From the NCBI GenBank assembly GCA_049724395.1, contig JAUGWO010000059.1:62001-126000 (forward strand): DNA of 64,000 nucleotides, in the 5' to 3' direction. This document shows positions 26,838 through 44,743 of the stretch, one piece after another (positions within the stretch are counted from its first letter, which is position 1; each line of letters begins with the position of its first letter). Source of the DNA: Spongospora subterranea f. sp. subterranea (taxonomy: Eukaryota). The translations under genes were made by a program, and so were the position numbers. Under the pieces are notes generated by a model that saw only the letters and a program-made list of their open reading frames with translations, was not told where the DNA came from and did not search any database.

Positions 26838-27857
26838 GATTTTCAGTTGGGGAATCCGTCAAACTTTATCGAAGCTGGCGAAATTTTCGAGTCGTATTTT
26901 TAGATGGCGATCTGACCTCTGCAGTGGGCTGCGCCCGATTTGAAGTCATCCTCAGCAGTGTACACAGTCGGTCGGTAACGACGGTACAGTCGCGGGGAAG
27001 TTAATTGCGGAGTGGCGGATCGATGCAGTCGATGGAGGTGATTGTCGCCATGTCTGGGGACGGCGGCTGAGAACTCGACAACTGGACGATATCTTCCCGT
27101 AAAAAAAAGTAACGTTTTTCGTCTATCTGTTTATGCAGAGTATCGACCATACCATGGCGAAATCTTGCCAAGCCACGTTGCTTCATTTTACTGAATACGA
27201 TCATTTTTGAGGGCCGCGGTATTGCAAAAATTCAGGACGGTGTCAGAAGGACCAAACGGCGAAACCCTGAACGAGCTGTGCTGCCATGTAGCGACGCTTT
27301 CGACATGTTGCGGCAGGAGGTTCGCCGTTGCATTGGCAAGCGGTGACCAAGTCAAAAATACGCACGACGAGAATTGGTTTCCTGAGACCCGAACCCCCAC
27401 AAAACATATGGCTAAATTGTAGATTGCTGGACAGTTTCCACAGCCGTTCCCAGATTTCAAGTGTTGGGCCACAGTTCAGGTTTCGGATTCATAAAAGTTA
27501 AATCGGCTCTACAGGGTTCGGTGTAATGGCGGTTTTTTGCCTGTTCTGGTCTCAGGAAACCAATGTAATTTCTGACACCTGTTCGGAGCCGCAGCCGGAT
27601 GGCTCTCTCAATGGCGGTGAAGGAATCATTGGTAACGAGCCGAATCGGGTTCGAGTAGCTAGCTATAAATTTAAGTAATTGACCATCTGGCCTGCCTGCA
27701 AAGAAACTCATGCCAATCCAACGCCTACTAATATTCGAATTATGGGCGGAGATGATCGCGCTTGAACCCTTAAGCGCGATGGCAGGGTCTTACCAGCTTT
27801 ATTTTCGACGACTTCAGCTGAAGCATCTTATCATATGTGCCTGTTGAAACTTTATCG

Positions 27858-28332
27858 TCATTTCGTGCAAATGAACTTTATGTTCAACTTCACTATTGTT
27901 GTTGACCATGACGGGTCAATAATTTCCAATAGATCCTGAGTAGGGTCTCGATAAATTATCCAACCATCATGATCAACAGCAATAATGTCGTTGAAAGCGT
28001 CAACTTTCTTTCGACAGTGCATACCATCGTCTAGAAAAGTGCTCTTGGACGTCTCCTGGCCGTTGAATTTCACCAAAGTTCCATCGATGAAATCCAGACA
28101 TTCATGAAACAAAGGCTCTCTTTGCTTCAATACTTGCTTCCTAGCATGATCAGGCCAAGCAAACTCTTTTCCGAGGTGAATGCAAAGCAGCAGGGAAATA
28201 AAATCGCAATAGTTGCAGGCTGGTGATCGGAACCATGCCAGCGTAGCGCCTGATCTCGACAGGTTCGGGCCTATGCTTATCTGTTTCAGCCGGAAATACA
28301 AACAAAAGGTCCTGATCATTTGCCTTTTTCAA
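27858..28332 (-). mobile_element. PIF/Harbinger (DDE_Tnp_4-type) transposase relic
   Basis: WPD...CLDFIDGTLV...HCRKK.DAFNDIIAVDHDGWII matches the Harbinger C.GFIDGT..RK...N....D motif; disrupted. Confidence 0.75.
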
Positions 28333-29987
28333 AATCGCGTCGAGAAGTCTTTCGTTCTGGCGACATTTTAGGGGCTCGCCCGGGCCTGATCCTGAGTTCG
28401 CCGGCTGACCGAGATGCTGTTGCGAAAATCGGCGCCCATAAGAACCTCTATTCCTATTGAATGCACAAAAATAATAACCATTCCATCTTGTGGCGTGAAG
28501 GTCTTGACGACAGAGAGCTCAAGCTCTTCCTGTTCGGAATCAATTTCGGAATCAGTACTCCAGATCTAAGGTAAAATCCTCGGCGGAACCCTAATCCATC
28601 CGCCACCGCTTTTCGAAACACAGAATAAGACCAAGTTTTCCCATTTGGAGGTCAAACTTCTGTAATCGAAAAATGAAATGTGGTGACGAAGGTGTAGTCG
28701 AAAAAATCTGAGATAGACAGTATTAACATTGTTTTCCGAACAGCAAACAGATGTTATACTTCTGGCCTTCTTAAATGGGAGTATACTCAATGAACGGAAA
28801 CATTCTGCCAAACGTATAGTCAAGGAATTGCAATCAACCTGAATAGCGTGTTGTATTATATTTAAAGTGGTTGCCGTTCCCTCGGGCAGACTGAAACTTA
28901 TGGAAAGGCTCTGTTGCTTGTCAGTGTGGAATCTGAAATCGCTTGCAGGATCTGACCATGTCATTGCAGTGGTATTCTGTGAAGATATCAACCCTAATCC
29001 TGCAGCCGAAGGGGTTGATTCGTTTGACATCGCATATCTATATCGATATAGCGACGATGACATGGCGAACATTTTCTGATAAACGCTTGACAGAACCAGT
29101 ATAATTGATGTGGACGATATCAGACCACCAGCACCAACAATATCTGTCTGTGAACAGTCTGATTATGATGATCATGTTGCGTTTAGATGGCGCATTGTTT
29201 TTAGTGGTTCGTTCATCAAACAGATTTTTTGATCAGTTGAACCAGGACGTTGGCCACCAACAAACGACCCATTTCATCGAAACCACGTGGAGGAATCACT
29301 GGCCCAGCAAAGAAAGGCGTATGTGGTTGAAATAATGAAGAATCCACAGACAATAAGAATCATGACCAGCAGAATCAAACAATGGTTGAAGAGTTGATGA
29401 AGTCAGATATGAACTCCATTGTGGAACAGCAAAGGAAATCACACCGGGTCTTCCAATTTCTTGGGACGCCGCTAGTCCCCGCTATATCCCTTCAACACTT
29501 TACTCGAAAGTTGTATCCAATACGGAAAAGTAGAGTGAATGTTGAGCACGAAGGTCAGACCACAGCCTCTAATGAATGTGGGAGATCGAGCTGCTTGCAG
29601 TAGACTCGGAAACTCTAGATAGGCAAACCTTCCGCCAGAGCCTCTTTGAGTTTCCGTTTTGAGCGGCGGAGGCTCCTGGAACCATGGACCAGCGTCCTAA
29701 GGCATGTCACCCCTCCTGAAAACTCTCTTACAGTATGTGATCTGAGTGCTATCTCCGATCTCCAAAAATAGTTCAGATCCAGCCGCCTGGTTAGTGTGAA
29801 ACGTATACCAGGCGCCCATCTCGGTATAGGCCCCTGACACTGGGCGCGTCCCGTCACAGGCGCTGTGACGGGTAGCCATCGTAACTCAAAACCCAAGATT
29901 TGGGTTTTAGCGGATTCAGAATTGCTACCAGGATTCGTTTTTGACGGTGCGGGATCTCTATAAATTGTATTCGAAAATTACGCTGAT

Positions 29988-30226
29988 CTGATAAACAATT
30001 CAAAGATAAACTGAAGAAAAACGAACGGAAACGTACGGCGGATCGTGAGAAAGATCAAGATCAGGCAATTCTACAGTGAACCAGGAAGTTCTTACTAAGA
30101 CTATCCCATCTTTACTCAAAACAACACCAACGATAGTCAAAACAATGGCCTGATCTTGATCTTTCTCACGATCAGCAGTACGTTTCCGTTCTTCTTTCTT
30201 CAGTTTATCTTTGAATTGCTTATCAG
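29988..30226. repeat. Inverted repeat with 83-bp arms (29988-30070 / 30144-30226) in a retroelement fragment related to 17.1-17.7 kb
   Basis: ctgataaacaattcaaagataaactgaagaa...gatcaagatcaggcaatt versus its reverse complement, with few mismatches; shared peptides TIPDY..PGLG.SP and KDQDQAI. Confidence 0.9.
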
Positions 30227-30789
30227 CATTCTGAATCAAAAGGTGTCTTCGACTAGACGATCTAAATATTGGATCAGCGTATTCTGGTGAACAGCCAAGT
30301 CCTGGAATAATCAGGAATGGTGCCCACGACAAAGTCCAAGTTATCGAGACGTGTCGTTTGGGCTTGTGCCAGATTGGCGATGAGATCAGTTTTAATCACT
30401 TTTCCCGTCATTCTTCGAGAAACCTTCACTGGAATCCGATTGTATTTTCGCTTAAACCCTTTATACTTTACGAAAACACGTAATCACGTTCACATTTCTA
30501 CACAAAAATTGGAGTACACCTTGATAAATCACAAACGCCTGGGGGGTGGCGCCAGTACGGTCGGCAAAAAGCGTGATGGTTTGAGGAAATCTTCTAGGAT
30601 CGGTACTGACCTGGTTGGGAGCACGTCTCGATCCCCCATCACATGATACGGGACTGATCGACTGGGAATACTGACTCTACTGGATCGATCTTCGGTTCTT
30701 GAGACCCGAATATCAGGGCGCCTGTTGGCGTCCTCCACTAGTGCTCATCGAGATCGCCAGGTTCGGGGTCTGATCGCCGGCCTGCCGCC

Positions 30790-32393
<1,604 letters not shown>

Positions 32394-32469
32394 ACGCGCC
32401 ATAAATCAGTTGCTTATGTATTCTTAGACAGTGCACCCGAAATCTGCATTGCGACATTGCTCGTTTCAA

Positions 32470-33849
32470 TTAATATAAGGATGAAGATGAGGCGTCAGGT
32501 GCGGGAGAGTTGATATGTTTTTTTATAAACGAATGCGACAACACCTGAAGCCAGTCTTCAACGAAATAAATAGGCGTTTCCTTTAGATATACCTGAAGCA
32601 GTGGAAGCCGCCCTTTAGGGTTTTTTACCAGCAACTAAACAAAAAAGAACTTGAGCATCGAACATGAAAAGTCTAATTTTTTACCTTGCTGATGAGATCT
32701 TTGGCTTCAGGGTCCATCCACGTGGGATAGCGAATGTCCACCTTGGCAATTTTTCGGTACGTTTCATTATGACCTTCCGTCTCAAATGGCGGCCTGGTTA
32801 AGGTTACCATATCAAGAGTATGCGATTATCATGACTGCATACCTTCCGACCAGAAATTCATAAGTTAAAACGCCTAATGACCATATATCGACCGTTTCTA
32901 TGGAATGTTGAATTAGACACAAACGTCTTAAGGGCGACAGAACGGTAAACTACCATCATGGGCCTTTCCTTCAATCATCTCCGGTGGTAAGTAATCAAGG
33001 GTACCGCAGAGCGTGGTTCGACGCGAGTTCGGTGTATGGACCGACCTAAAGCATAGTCACAAACTACTGTCCGGCAGATACAACCAGGGCAGCAGACCAT
33101 CCGAAATCAGCAATCTTTAATTCCCCATTGCGACCAAGAAGCAAATTCTCGGGTTTTATATCCCTAAAGTTCAATGTCTGTTCATGCGCAACGACACAAG
33201 CACGAAGAAGCGGAACCTGTGAATCACGTGCTTCTTATGACAGTAATCGAGGGCTCCAGCGAGCTGAGCAACATAGAGCGCTGTTTGACGGTCGGAAAAC
33301 CTTCCTTCTTTTTGAAGTTGTTTGAACAGTTCGCCTTTATTTGCATATTCAAGAATTAAATACACCCTCGTTGAATCATAAAAATATCCAAATAATCGCA
33401 GAATATTTTCGTGTCTGAAACAATATAAACATCGAACCGGTTTTGGCATATATAGAATTATGCACCTTAGGTGGGACTGGATTTCGATCTCTCTCCTCAG
33501 CTGATATTCGACGTTGGCTTTGGCGAGTTGCGATTTAAACATGACCTATCAAAACATTGAAACCCATGGCAAAGCCAATGACCAAGCGGCAACCTTCAGA
33601 GCGCATATAAACTTGGATTTCTTCTCTCTCGCTAGATAAACATTCCCAAATTTCCCTAATGAATGGTTATAGACTGCTCTCTATAACGCATCAAAATTAG
33701 TCAGAACAACCTTTGCCCAAGCTCCTGCCAATATCAAAATCTTTCAATGTCCATCGTTGCGATGAGCCTGCCCGGCAACGCGGGGCCGAATCGTCTTCTC
33801 GGCCAGCGGTGGCGGCGGCCGGGGTCTGGTTCTCCTTGAAGGCGTGCAT
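32470..33849 (-). CDS. Aurora kinase, multi-exon
   Basis: KEN box; [66 protein letters not shown]. Confidence 0.96.
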
Positions 33850-34557
33850 ACGGAAAGCAGAACGTGTGCCGGTTCGGTCCTGGCCCTCAGAGCAAGCTAC
33901 CTTCCGCCTGTATTGAATCGCCGTCACCAACGAAGGTTAGGAATAGACCCCAAATGAGATGTGGTGTGGGTCTGGGGTTATGTTGGTGCAGTGAAAATGA
34001 GAGATGTGTTACTGTCCCAGTCAGCAATGGGGAATAGCGTGTCTGTACCTGTCTACACCTGTAGGGGGTTCCCCCTCACAATTCACACATATTGTACACA
34101 CAGGCCCATAGTCGCTGGGTCCCACTTCGCGCACGACAAAGTCAGCTCGGGGACGGGTAACGTTGAGAATACCCATTGGTAATGCATAACAACCAACGAA
34201 TTCAATCAAAAATTGATCAGACGGCTATTTATGTTTTTGTGCAGATTTAGAACAGTTCCTGAAGATACAGCTATTATGATGACCGAAAAGTCTAATCAGG
34301 TTTTGAACTAAGATCGTATTTCAGAAATCAATGACGCTAGAGCGAAGAAATTAAATTCGGAATTAAACAGGTAAAATCGTAGCTACGGGTTTTAAGTGAA
34401 AGCTTGGAAAGACGGCAGTTATAGACTTCAGAAGTGTGTGGGCATAGGCATATAAAAAGCAATTCACAGATAGTTGTACTATATTGAGGAGAGATGTAGA
34501 CTTTGAGGATTGACAGTGAAGCATTGGCGTTGAACTTGTTGTTTTCAATTCGGTTCA

Positions 34558-36107
<1,550 letters not shown>

Positions 36108-36412
36108 TTGCGCTCCCGACCTCTCGAATCCACGCCGAACTACCAATTCAGTGTGTGGCGCAAATTTTATCGACGCAGAAAGCTATATTATCCTCTACCT
36201 CTGGTATGAGAAAGTCGGGCGACTGTGCAAGTGAACATATGGCCAAGTGCGGACGATGAGAGGACGGACTTCTGTCTTTGCCTGTTTGTTATTGGTCGCG
36301 CAAGGTCTGTTTCAAGTTCAATGAGGGTTGTTCAGATAAGATGTGGCTCCACCTTTGAGTCCGGGTTTACCATCAATCGGTGCTGGATCTACGCAGTGAC
36401 AGACAGCGTGAA

Positions 36413-39400
36413 TTATTTCCTGAATATAAACAGTATTTGATGTTTTATATGATCACGTTTGGGTTTCCGATCAAGACTGTCTCTCTGTATATAGTGTGGC
36501 TCTTCTTTCACGATGGCGCCCAATGTGTCTTCCTGTTTTACTATCGATTCCCAAATGGCTTGGCATGCGTCGCCAACTCCTGCGCCAGATTTCGTACAAC
36601 AGATCGCATCAATACCCGCCAAAGACAACTGCAACGCGTAGCTAAATGCCCTGTGATGCACATCAATGTCGATTGAGAATGATTCACCGCGTCTTTACCC
36701 TTGATCAACATCTATCAGATGTAGAAACGACAATCTACTTGAGTCCAATGTCATAATATCGGCGTCAGGAGAAATTGACAACCAAGGTTGAGTATTCACA
36801 GCGATGACCGCGCATGAGGATGCCCCTGAACTCAACTCATTTTGTAATTCAGCAGTTGATATTGATGGATTCGCAATCTGAACCAGTCATTAGATGTTTT
36901 TGGTTCGCTCATATATTTGATCATCTTACCTTCATATTCAGAAAAGTCATTCGAGAGTGCCATTTCGCAGGGTCATCAGGGAGCGGGGGAATTACCGCCA
37001 TGAACGTGTCGCTACTAATAGGAACCTTGGTTTCGCGCTTGGCGCTCATTCGACTGAAAACCAGGGCCAATGAGAAATCAACACTAACAGAGGCCGCCTG
37101 CTCGAAACAAGGTAGAAGTTGAAATGGCGCCGTGAACCATAATTCATCACAGCAGATGATTATGTGCCGATCTTTGACAAATAACTTTGATGTGACCTGG
37201 CTCATGGCAGCTTCAAGGACTTGTTTTTCATTTAGATCGTCATCCACTTTCATTCTCATCACTATAGTCGACTGCGCCTCCGTTTCTAGAGCACCGATAA
37301 ATACACTATCATCACAATCCGAAGTAATGATCATCACGATAACATCGGCCGGAACCAATTTCCGTAGCTGTTCAACTTGGCATGGCATATCAGACCATAG
37401 TCTTCGCCAGGCCGGTGAAGTCTTTATCAAGAACATATCCATAGCTTGAATATCATCGCGCAAAGCTCCGTTGAGAACTGACGACAATCGACGTCGGCGC
37501 TGCAACGCCAAAAGCTGGACGTTGCTCGGCGTTAATTTATGAAACAAGGCGACCGCCAACGAGCGGACGCGCTCATGCTGTGATCTGGCAACGTACATAA
37601 AACACATTCCGGGGTCACATCGATCAGTGGTTAGCGCCAAACCAACAAGAGATTTTCTAAGAAGATCGAAATTATGGCCCGCGGATTCTATTGCTTGATT
37701 CAAACTTATACGAATCTCTGCGTCAATCGTGTCATCAGTCGATGTTGAAGATGCTGTCCAGAAGTTGTGCTGATGATGGTCAAGTCCTAAATCTGCTGCG
37801 TTCTTGTGAATGAGAGCATATGCTAAGTCTACCAGGGCTTGAGATCGTATAGGTGGATCTATCGTATTTGATGCCGCTCGATAAGCTGCAATCGCCGGGT
37901 CAAAGTTTCTTTGAGGCTCTGTAGATGACGGATCCATCTCTATCGAAGCAAGATAGGAAATGATTGCCGACGGATCTCTGTTTTCAACTCTAACGAAGTC
38001 GTCATTGTCTGAGGATGAACTGATGTCAGGGAGGGGTCGGGATAGTCGGTCATAACATGATCCGATAGCCGCAGTCACTAACGAAAGCATGCGCTGGGCG
38101 GGACTGCTTGGCGATTTATGTGAATGAGCAGAAATCGCTGGGTGTGTTATCATGGTCTGCAGTTTTGCCTCACAATCATGGAGCTTTACAAGTTGTGACG
38201 AGTCTGAGTGCAAGGTTAACATCGCGGACCTGGCCGATATTTCAAGAGCAATGAACGGATGGGCGGAGCATGCGGAGCAAAACCGAGACAACATGTCGAC
38301 AGGCGCTTTGTCATCAACGATCTGCTCTGCATAACGGCCGATGGCGATTGCAGATGCTAAACGATCAGGATTGGGAACAGCTAACAGTACTTGCTGTGCG
38401 TTCTCAAGAAGTTGAATCGCCTGGTCCTTTTTGAAAGATGACAAAAGATATTCCGCATTTGTCGTGACCGCAAAACAAATTTGATGTGGCTGTAGAGTGA
38501 CAGAATTTGTTGTCAGTGCTTTGATGTCGTCACGAGCGCGGTCGTAACGTCCGTTGCGAATATCGATCCGGATGCGGCACCACAATGCGACAACGCCTAC
38601 AGGGGAGGAACAAGGATGTTGATTGATTAACGCTTCCACTATCGACGCTGCATCGTGATTTTTCTCAATTTCGATCAATGATTGACACAGTTGCAATGCA
38701 TTGTGATCATGAAGTCCTAGAACACTCGGAGTTGGAAGCGACTTGACGATCTGATTCGCATTTACAGTAAAACCCAGAACAGAAAGTATCTTCGCAAGTC
38801 GAATTTGTGAAAGATGGTAAAATGGCGCAGAAACGAACGAAGCAATATATGAGACAAATCGCAGGACAGGCAATGTCATCAAGTGAAGCCCATGTGCGCC
38901 TAGGATCTCACATGAAAAATTCAGGGAGCGCATCAGGCCCGATAATACTGATTTTGAGCGAATTGTATGCTTTCCAAATATATTCGGCTCCGAGGAGCAA
39001 TCAGCCATTCGAGCAAGCAAATCATCCGGAATATCAGGTGACCATGGAGACTTATTACAACCTAGGTTTCGCCCAAGGTCGTTAAGAGAGTAATCCGAGA
39101 CAATGGTTAAACATTCACATTACCTGGAATACACGAAAACGACCTAGTAAAGGCGAGTCCAACGTATTCACTTGCCTGGATGGCGTGTTGAATTTTTGAT
39201 TTCTCTGGCGATACGGCCGACAGCATACTGTGCATATATGCCAATAAAACTTCAATCAGCGATGTCGCTTTCTTTTTTGGTGCTGTCAACGCATCTTCGA
39301 CTAATCCTGAATAACTGTGGTATTAATATAAGAAGCTATAAGCGCTTCTACCCACGTACTGTTTTGAAGAATGTCCATTGATGCCTTTACAGTTTGAGAA

Positions 39401-42400
39401 ATCTGAGAAGGCTGAAATTTTCCTTGATCGTGCATCCACTGTGCATATATTGCAAGCCGCAGTACCCGATTGATGGATCCATCCACCGTGGAGTTGATGG
39501 CTTCCCGAAAGTAAGAACCTTGCATTGCAGGATCATTCAAATTTCTAGCAAGAGAATCGTATACCTACTGATATTTAGAGAAGGTATTTTTGAAATTCCA
39601 GTTGAATACCTGACATATAAATTCGTTTGACGGTTCTTTCATAGCTCCTATTGCAGCCCTTACATCTAGACCAAGCTGCCCCACGCATTGCAAGTGAATT
39701 TTCCATATTGGGCGCGACACAGGGTCTGGTAGAGTTTTCAGCACTGTTTCTGATAATGTCAATGTAGATTTCCATTCTCGGCGACGAAAGAAATCCGTTA
39801 GGGATATTCATATAGAGATGGGCACGAAGTTGAGGAGAGAATTTATCACGATTGGTACGAGTCAACGACACGAGTATATCCAATAATTTTCGTGATAACG
39901 ATTGAACTTCATCGTCAGGAACCTTTTGTAATTCAGATGCTGCTTTTAAGAAGCCTGACAACGATTGCGTCATAAATTGTTCGTCATGAGATTGAGCAGA
40001 AAACTGTAAAACATGGTAAGAATAGATAGGGGTGGCATGCATATTGAGCTTTACATCAACTGCGCGAGCAAAATGCTGAATCGCCTCCATGTTGATTACA
40101 TGTGAGTTAAGCTGGTCAAATGAAGCCATGGTAGCTAAGCTTTCACCAGCGCTGCACTCCACTCGCGCCATAACACATAGCTCCTTTGGAGACATTTCCC
40201 CACACTCTGAACAAGACCGACAAACTGCTATCGCAAGCGCCGGCTGCTTCAATGATAACGCAATGTCGGCAATCTCCGAAAACAACGTTAGTTTCAGTTT
40301 GACCAAGTCTTGCCGTAGTGATGTTGTTGCGATCTTCTCCAGAGCGTTCTTTGCCAGCGTCAGATTATTCAGCCGAGCATCAGAAGAGGATTTCTGGAGG
40401 TGTGCCCGTTCAATCAGCAAGATGATAGCCGCAAATTCGACATCAGATGCATTGGTGGAAGTGGGTTTGGCAAGAGTGTAATTTGGTGACACGCGTTCCA
40501 TTATGCGTAATAAGTCGTGTGATTCTGACACTGATATTATGGGCTCGAGAAAGCAAACGCATATCTGTTTCGCTGCTCCTGAATTACCAGAAACTTCCAA
40601 TGCCCGAGCAAGGGCTGACCCAATACATAGGCGCATACGTAAATCACTGTCATTTTTCAATGAGTTCCAATGAGAATTAGGCTCAGCGTTATCATACCCC
40701 GAGTTGAATCTTAGTAATGCATCGTGGCATGTTTGCAGCGCCTCAACGAACTCAGGCATGAGAACTACGCCGAGTTGAGATCGGAAGTGTTCCGTAAGAT
40801 TCGGGGCCATGGCGTTCCATAGGCTCCCAATCGCCTTTTTTACCACCCAATCCTGTTCTAAAGCACATCCGACTTTTAACGCCCCCATAGCTGAAGCGAT
40901 AATGATGCGTTTTGCCGATATTCCTTCAGTCTGCATTCGTGATTGAAAGATGGCGACACGAATTAATGCTGCATTTGCTTGCATAATCATGCAGTCCTGA
41001 TCGGTAATCGGTGAAAACTTGAAATTACTAAGGCTGATTGCGGAGTCATTGGCCATATCCTGGAACCCGCTTTTGAAGCATTGCACAACGAGGTCTGACC
41101 ATAACATGGCGCTACAGCCGATTAACAAACGACTGGATTGCTGAACGAAGCTGACCTGCGGCGGTTTGCTTTCGAATCCATATCTTCTGGTAAGCTTTTT
41201 ACTTCTTTCATTGCCCTAGACAAAACGGCGCGTTTGCCAGAAACATCTTTGATTTCTTTACTTTGTTCAATAAGACTCATTGCTCGGTCCTCTATGCTAA
41301 GACTGTCATGATTTTCAGCCCCACAGACGAACGTCAACCTCTTCTGCATCGCTTTTATATCTCTGCGGTAAGAGTTAAATATCACCGCGACATTACTAGC
41401 AGGGCTTCCGAACCTTTCGTATGGTCTCAAAAAGTCATTAACGTTGACCAGATCCCTAAATTTTGGGGATATTGCGTCAATGGGCAATGTGCAATCAAGC
41501 GAGTGGGCGCGATCTATCTCAATTTGGGCTTTGGCGAAATCTCCTGAGGAGATTTCGCATTGTGCTAGCTCGTAATGAAACAGTGCTCGCATTTCAGTAC
41601 AACCCGTATCAAATCGCCTTAACCCCTGTACACCGGACATTGGAGAATCAGTTATGATTGATCGAAAGGAAAAAGAACAAAAAACGAATGAACGGTTCAT
41701 TCACTAATAACGAATGCTACGTAAAGATTTTCCTGACTTCTGCACATTTACGAAAACATGTAAGGATCTGTGATCGATGACGGTCATGCAGCAGAGGTAG
41801 CGAGATATTCCATACGAACATGCAGACATCCTGAATAAGGTCCAAATGGCCCAGGCGGAAGCAACCGTCTATGGTCTGAGCGATCGAGTGCAAAGCAGCT
41901 AGGCGCGCAGAACGATCTACTTGCCTGAAAAAAAAAAACATAAATACCACTCATCCACTACTCTACAGCGGCTATTAGCAACCTGGCTTCAGATTCCTTT
42001 TCAGCAATTAGTATTTCTGCATTGGTGAGCTCAGATAACATCCATGACCTTCTGGGACCAGCGAAGCTTTTACAAAATAGGGATTGACCGACGCAGGTCT
42101 CAGCCAAATCTTTGATGCCATTTTTCCATGCCGCCCGCCCAATTTCAGCCACAACATCGAGTTTATCCAGATCAAGCTGGCAAAACAAACAGATCGCGAT
42201 CAAATGATTACATGATGTATATGGTTAATCCGAACGTCGTATATTACCGAATTCGGTTCCATTTTAATATCCTGAGTTATCTGTTGCACTGCCTCTTTTA
42301 AACGAGAAGCCATTTGATCCGATTTTACCATTCCGGACATCACAGATTGAAGGGCGATGATAGATTTTACACCGGTTACGTTCAAGTTGATAGTTGGTAC

Positions 42401-43404
42401 CGAGTTTTTTGACCGAGATGTATGAACTGCGAGACGTGTCGCCCGAACCTATAACCATTCATTTATAGGTCAGACATATTTTCACCTGAAAAATCCTCTT
42501 ATGGAAACTTAATGCAGAATCATAATGACCCATGTTCAATGGAAACACGAAAAAGTTCATGTCAGCAATGATGTCGCAAATGATCCGAGATACTTACCCC
42601 GATCGACCTATCAGAATCCTTCGCTAAATTGATTGCTTCATTTGCAAACTTGGCAGCAGAAGCTGAATCACCTGCTTCGTCGAAGCAGAGCGAAAGAGCA
42701 TAAACAAACTCAAAAAGCCATTCTTTAGCGAATTGGTCACGGGGCGACTTCAACAGCGCCTCAGTTATAGTTTGAAGCGAAGGGATTACGTGTCGCCGCA
42801 AACTTGGTCGAAGCAGCGGCCTTGCCACATCCCAGTAGACTAACGAGCAATTATAGAGTAGAAATAAATAGCTGTATAAGACCAATTCACAACCTTAGAT
42901 GATGCCGGACCCACTGTTTTCACCTTTTGTTTTGTTGGGCAATCGCCACTGCTTTCATGATCGAAGCTATGGCAGTGATGATATTTTGTACGAGGTCCTA
43001 ACCAGAATGGATTCGAGAAGGCGACAAATTGATAGTCCTATTTACCGATCCTTTCATGCCATTACTGCGGAAATGATCTATTTGAGCTTGAACTAGCAGC
43101 ATTCGGCAAAAAAACTGGTCCGTTCTGGGATTTCCTAGACAATACTGATGCAAGCATTGCTGTGCCTCGTCTACAAGTTGCAACTTGATGTGCATCAGTC
43201 ATTCCGAATCAACAAATATCGAACCGGAACGCATCATACTTTGGCAGCTGATTCAGCGGCAATCACCAGCAGCGATGGCGACATCAACAGATGCCGACTC
43301 GTCCCTCGCTGGTTGGTGACCATTCCTGTCAGGACCAACCGCAGCTTCTCCTGGTCTTGGCGCTGCACGGCGTCATTCAGCAAATGCCGAACATGCAATT
43401 CCAT
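36413..43404 (-). CDS. CFAP46: Cilia- and flagella-associated protein 46 (TTC40)-like; 3' end approximate
   Basis: DQFFCRMLL, YLFLLYNCSLVYWDVARPLLRPSLRRHVIPSL, VWNISLPLL and DFLRPYER match the CFAP46 N-terminus as I recall it; very large helical protein. Confidence 0.8.
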
Positions 43405-43565
43405 TGCTCTCAGCTAAATAATGGTTATGGTAGGCGACCGTCACATACAGTTCTAATCAGCATAGACGCGCACCCACGTTACTACCGTAAGAAGAAGCAA
43501 CGTGACATACGCACACAATGTTACATGAGTAGAAGGTTAAGAGTATTTTTATGAAACATATGATC

Positions 43566-44743
43566 TCATCTCCGTCGCTCACGTTTGCTGTTACGGCCAC
43601 GGAAGGTTCGCATGCAGTCGACAGCACCAGTAACTCGGGAAACGCAATCTTGAATGACGACTGGGAGCACAGTGGACAGCGGCACTAGAAACGAGAAGTA
43701 GTTTGGAATGAACACGGATTGGCGACGGTAAACTATGGCGTCGAAAACGGCGCCGGCAACGTCGCCTGGCAATAGCTCCGACACTAGCCAGCTCAGCCGG
43801 AGATGAACGCCAGCAAATAGGCCAGTGCGAATTAGGTATGGGTGGACAATCGTAGTGTGGATCGCGTTCGATAGGCCGTCTCTGATCAGTTCTAAAACCC
43901 AGTTCCGATCAGCGAAAATACCAGACTTGCATTGCTTCAACCAACCAAGTCGCAAGCAGTTGTTCACTGACAACAGTGCCGATTTCGTGGCACAGTAATC
44001 ACTAGCATTGGAGCCGGCACCGTATGCCACAATTGACGACATCGTAACTATGTGCCCATCCTTTCTTGTTTTCATTTCTGGAAGAAAGTTTCGCATGCAC
44101 GCAAACCTAAACATAGATCGTAACAAGCGCTGCTTTTAATTCCCAGGAAATACAGCAGAAAATGAACTGGAATGAGAAAATTGTTCAGTAATACCAGCTA
44201 AATAGGTTGACTCTAAAGATTGTAAGAAGTTGCTCAGGGGATAGCTCATCTACGGAACAGTTGTTGACGACTGCGACGGAATGAACAAGAATTGAGATGA
44301 AATCTGGAGCAATGTCAACTTTAATCTTGTTCGCTGCATCCTCAAATGACTGTTCGTCGGCTACATCAACTGTATATGTTCGAACAGATTTGGTTTTCAA
44401 AAACTGAAACTCTGTTTCTACAAAGCAATTCAGCAATTCTAGTAATATTACACTCCAGGTTCATACAAACAACGTCGCGAATGAAATTTAGTCCATTGAA
44501 ACTACATCTACCAAAGTACGTCAGCTTACCGATCTTCGTGAGACTTTTTTGATGCACATCGATAACGTGAACGATGCATCCAGCTTCGACAAGCAATTTG
44601 ACAAGGGAGTAGCCAATGCCACGCCCTCCGCCAACTACAACAGCATGACGACCATTGAGGTCAACCTCGCTCCAGCCGATGGTATTGAAAACCGCGCGCT
44701 GTAGGCCCGCGATTCTATCAGATATCATCTCGAACACGCCCAT
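43566..44743 (-). CDS. Short-chain dehydrogenase/reductase (retinol dehydrogenase/17-beta-HSD11-like)
   Basis: VVVGGGRGIG cofactor motif, GHIVTMSS, DYCATK catalytic YxxxK, HPYLIRTGLF. Confidence 0.9.
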
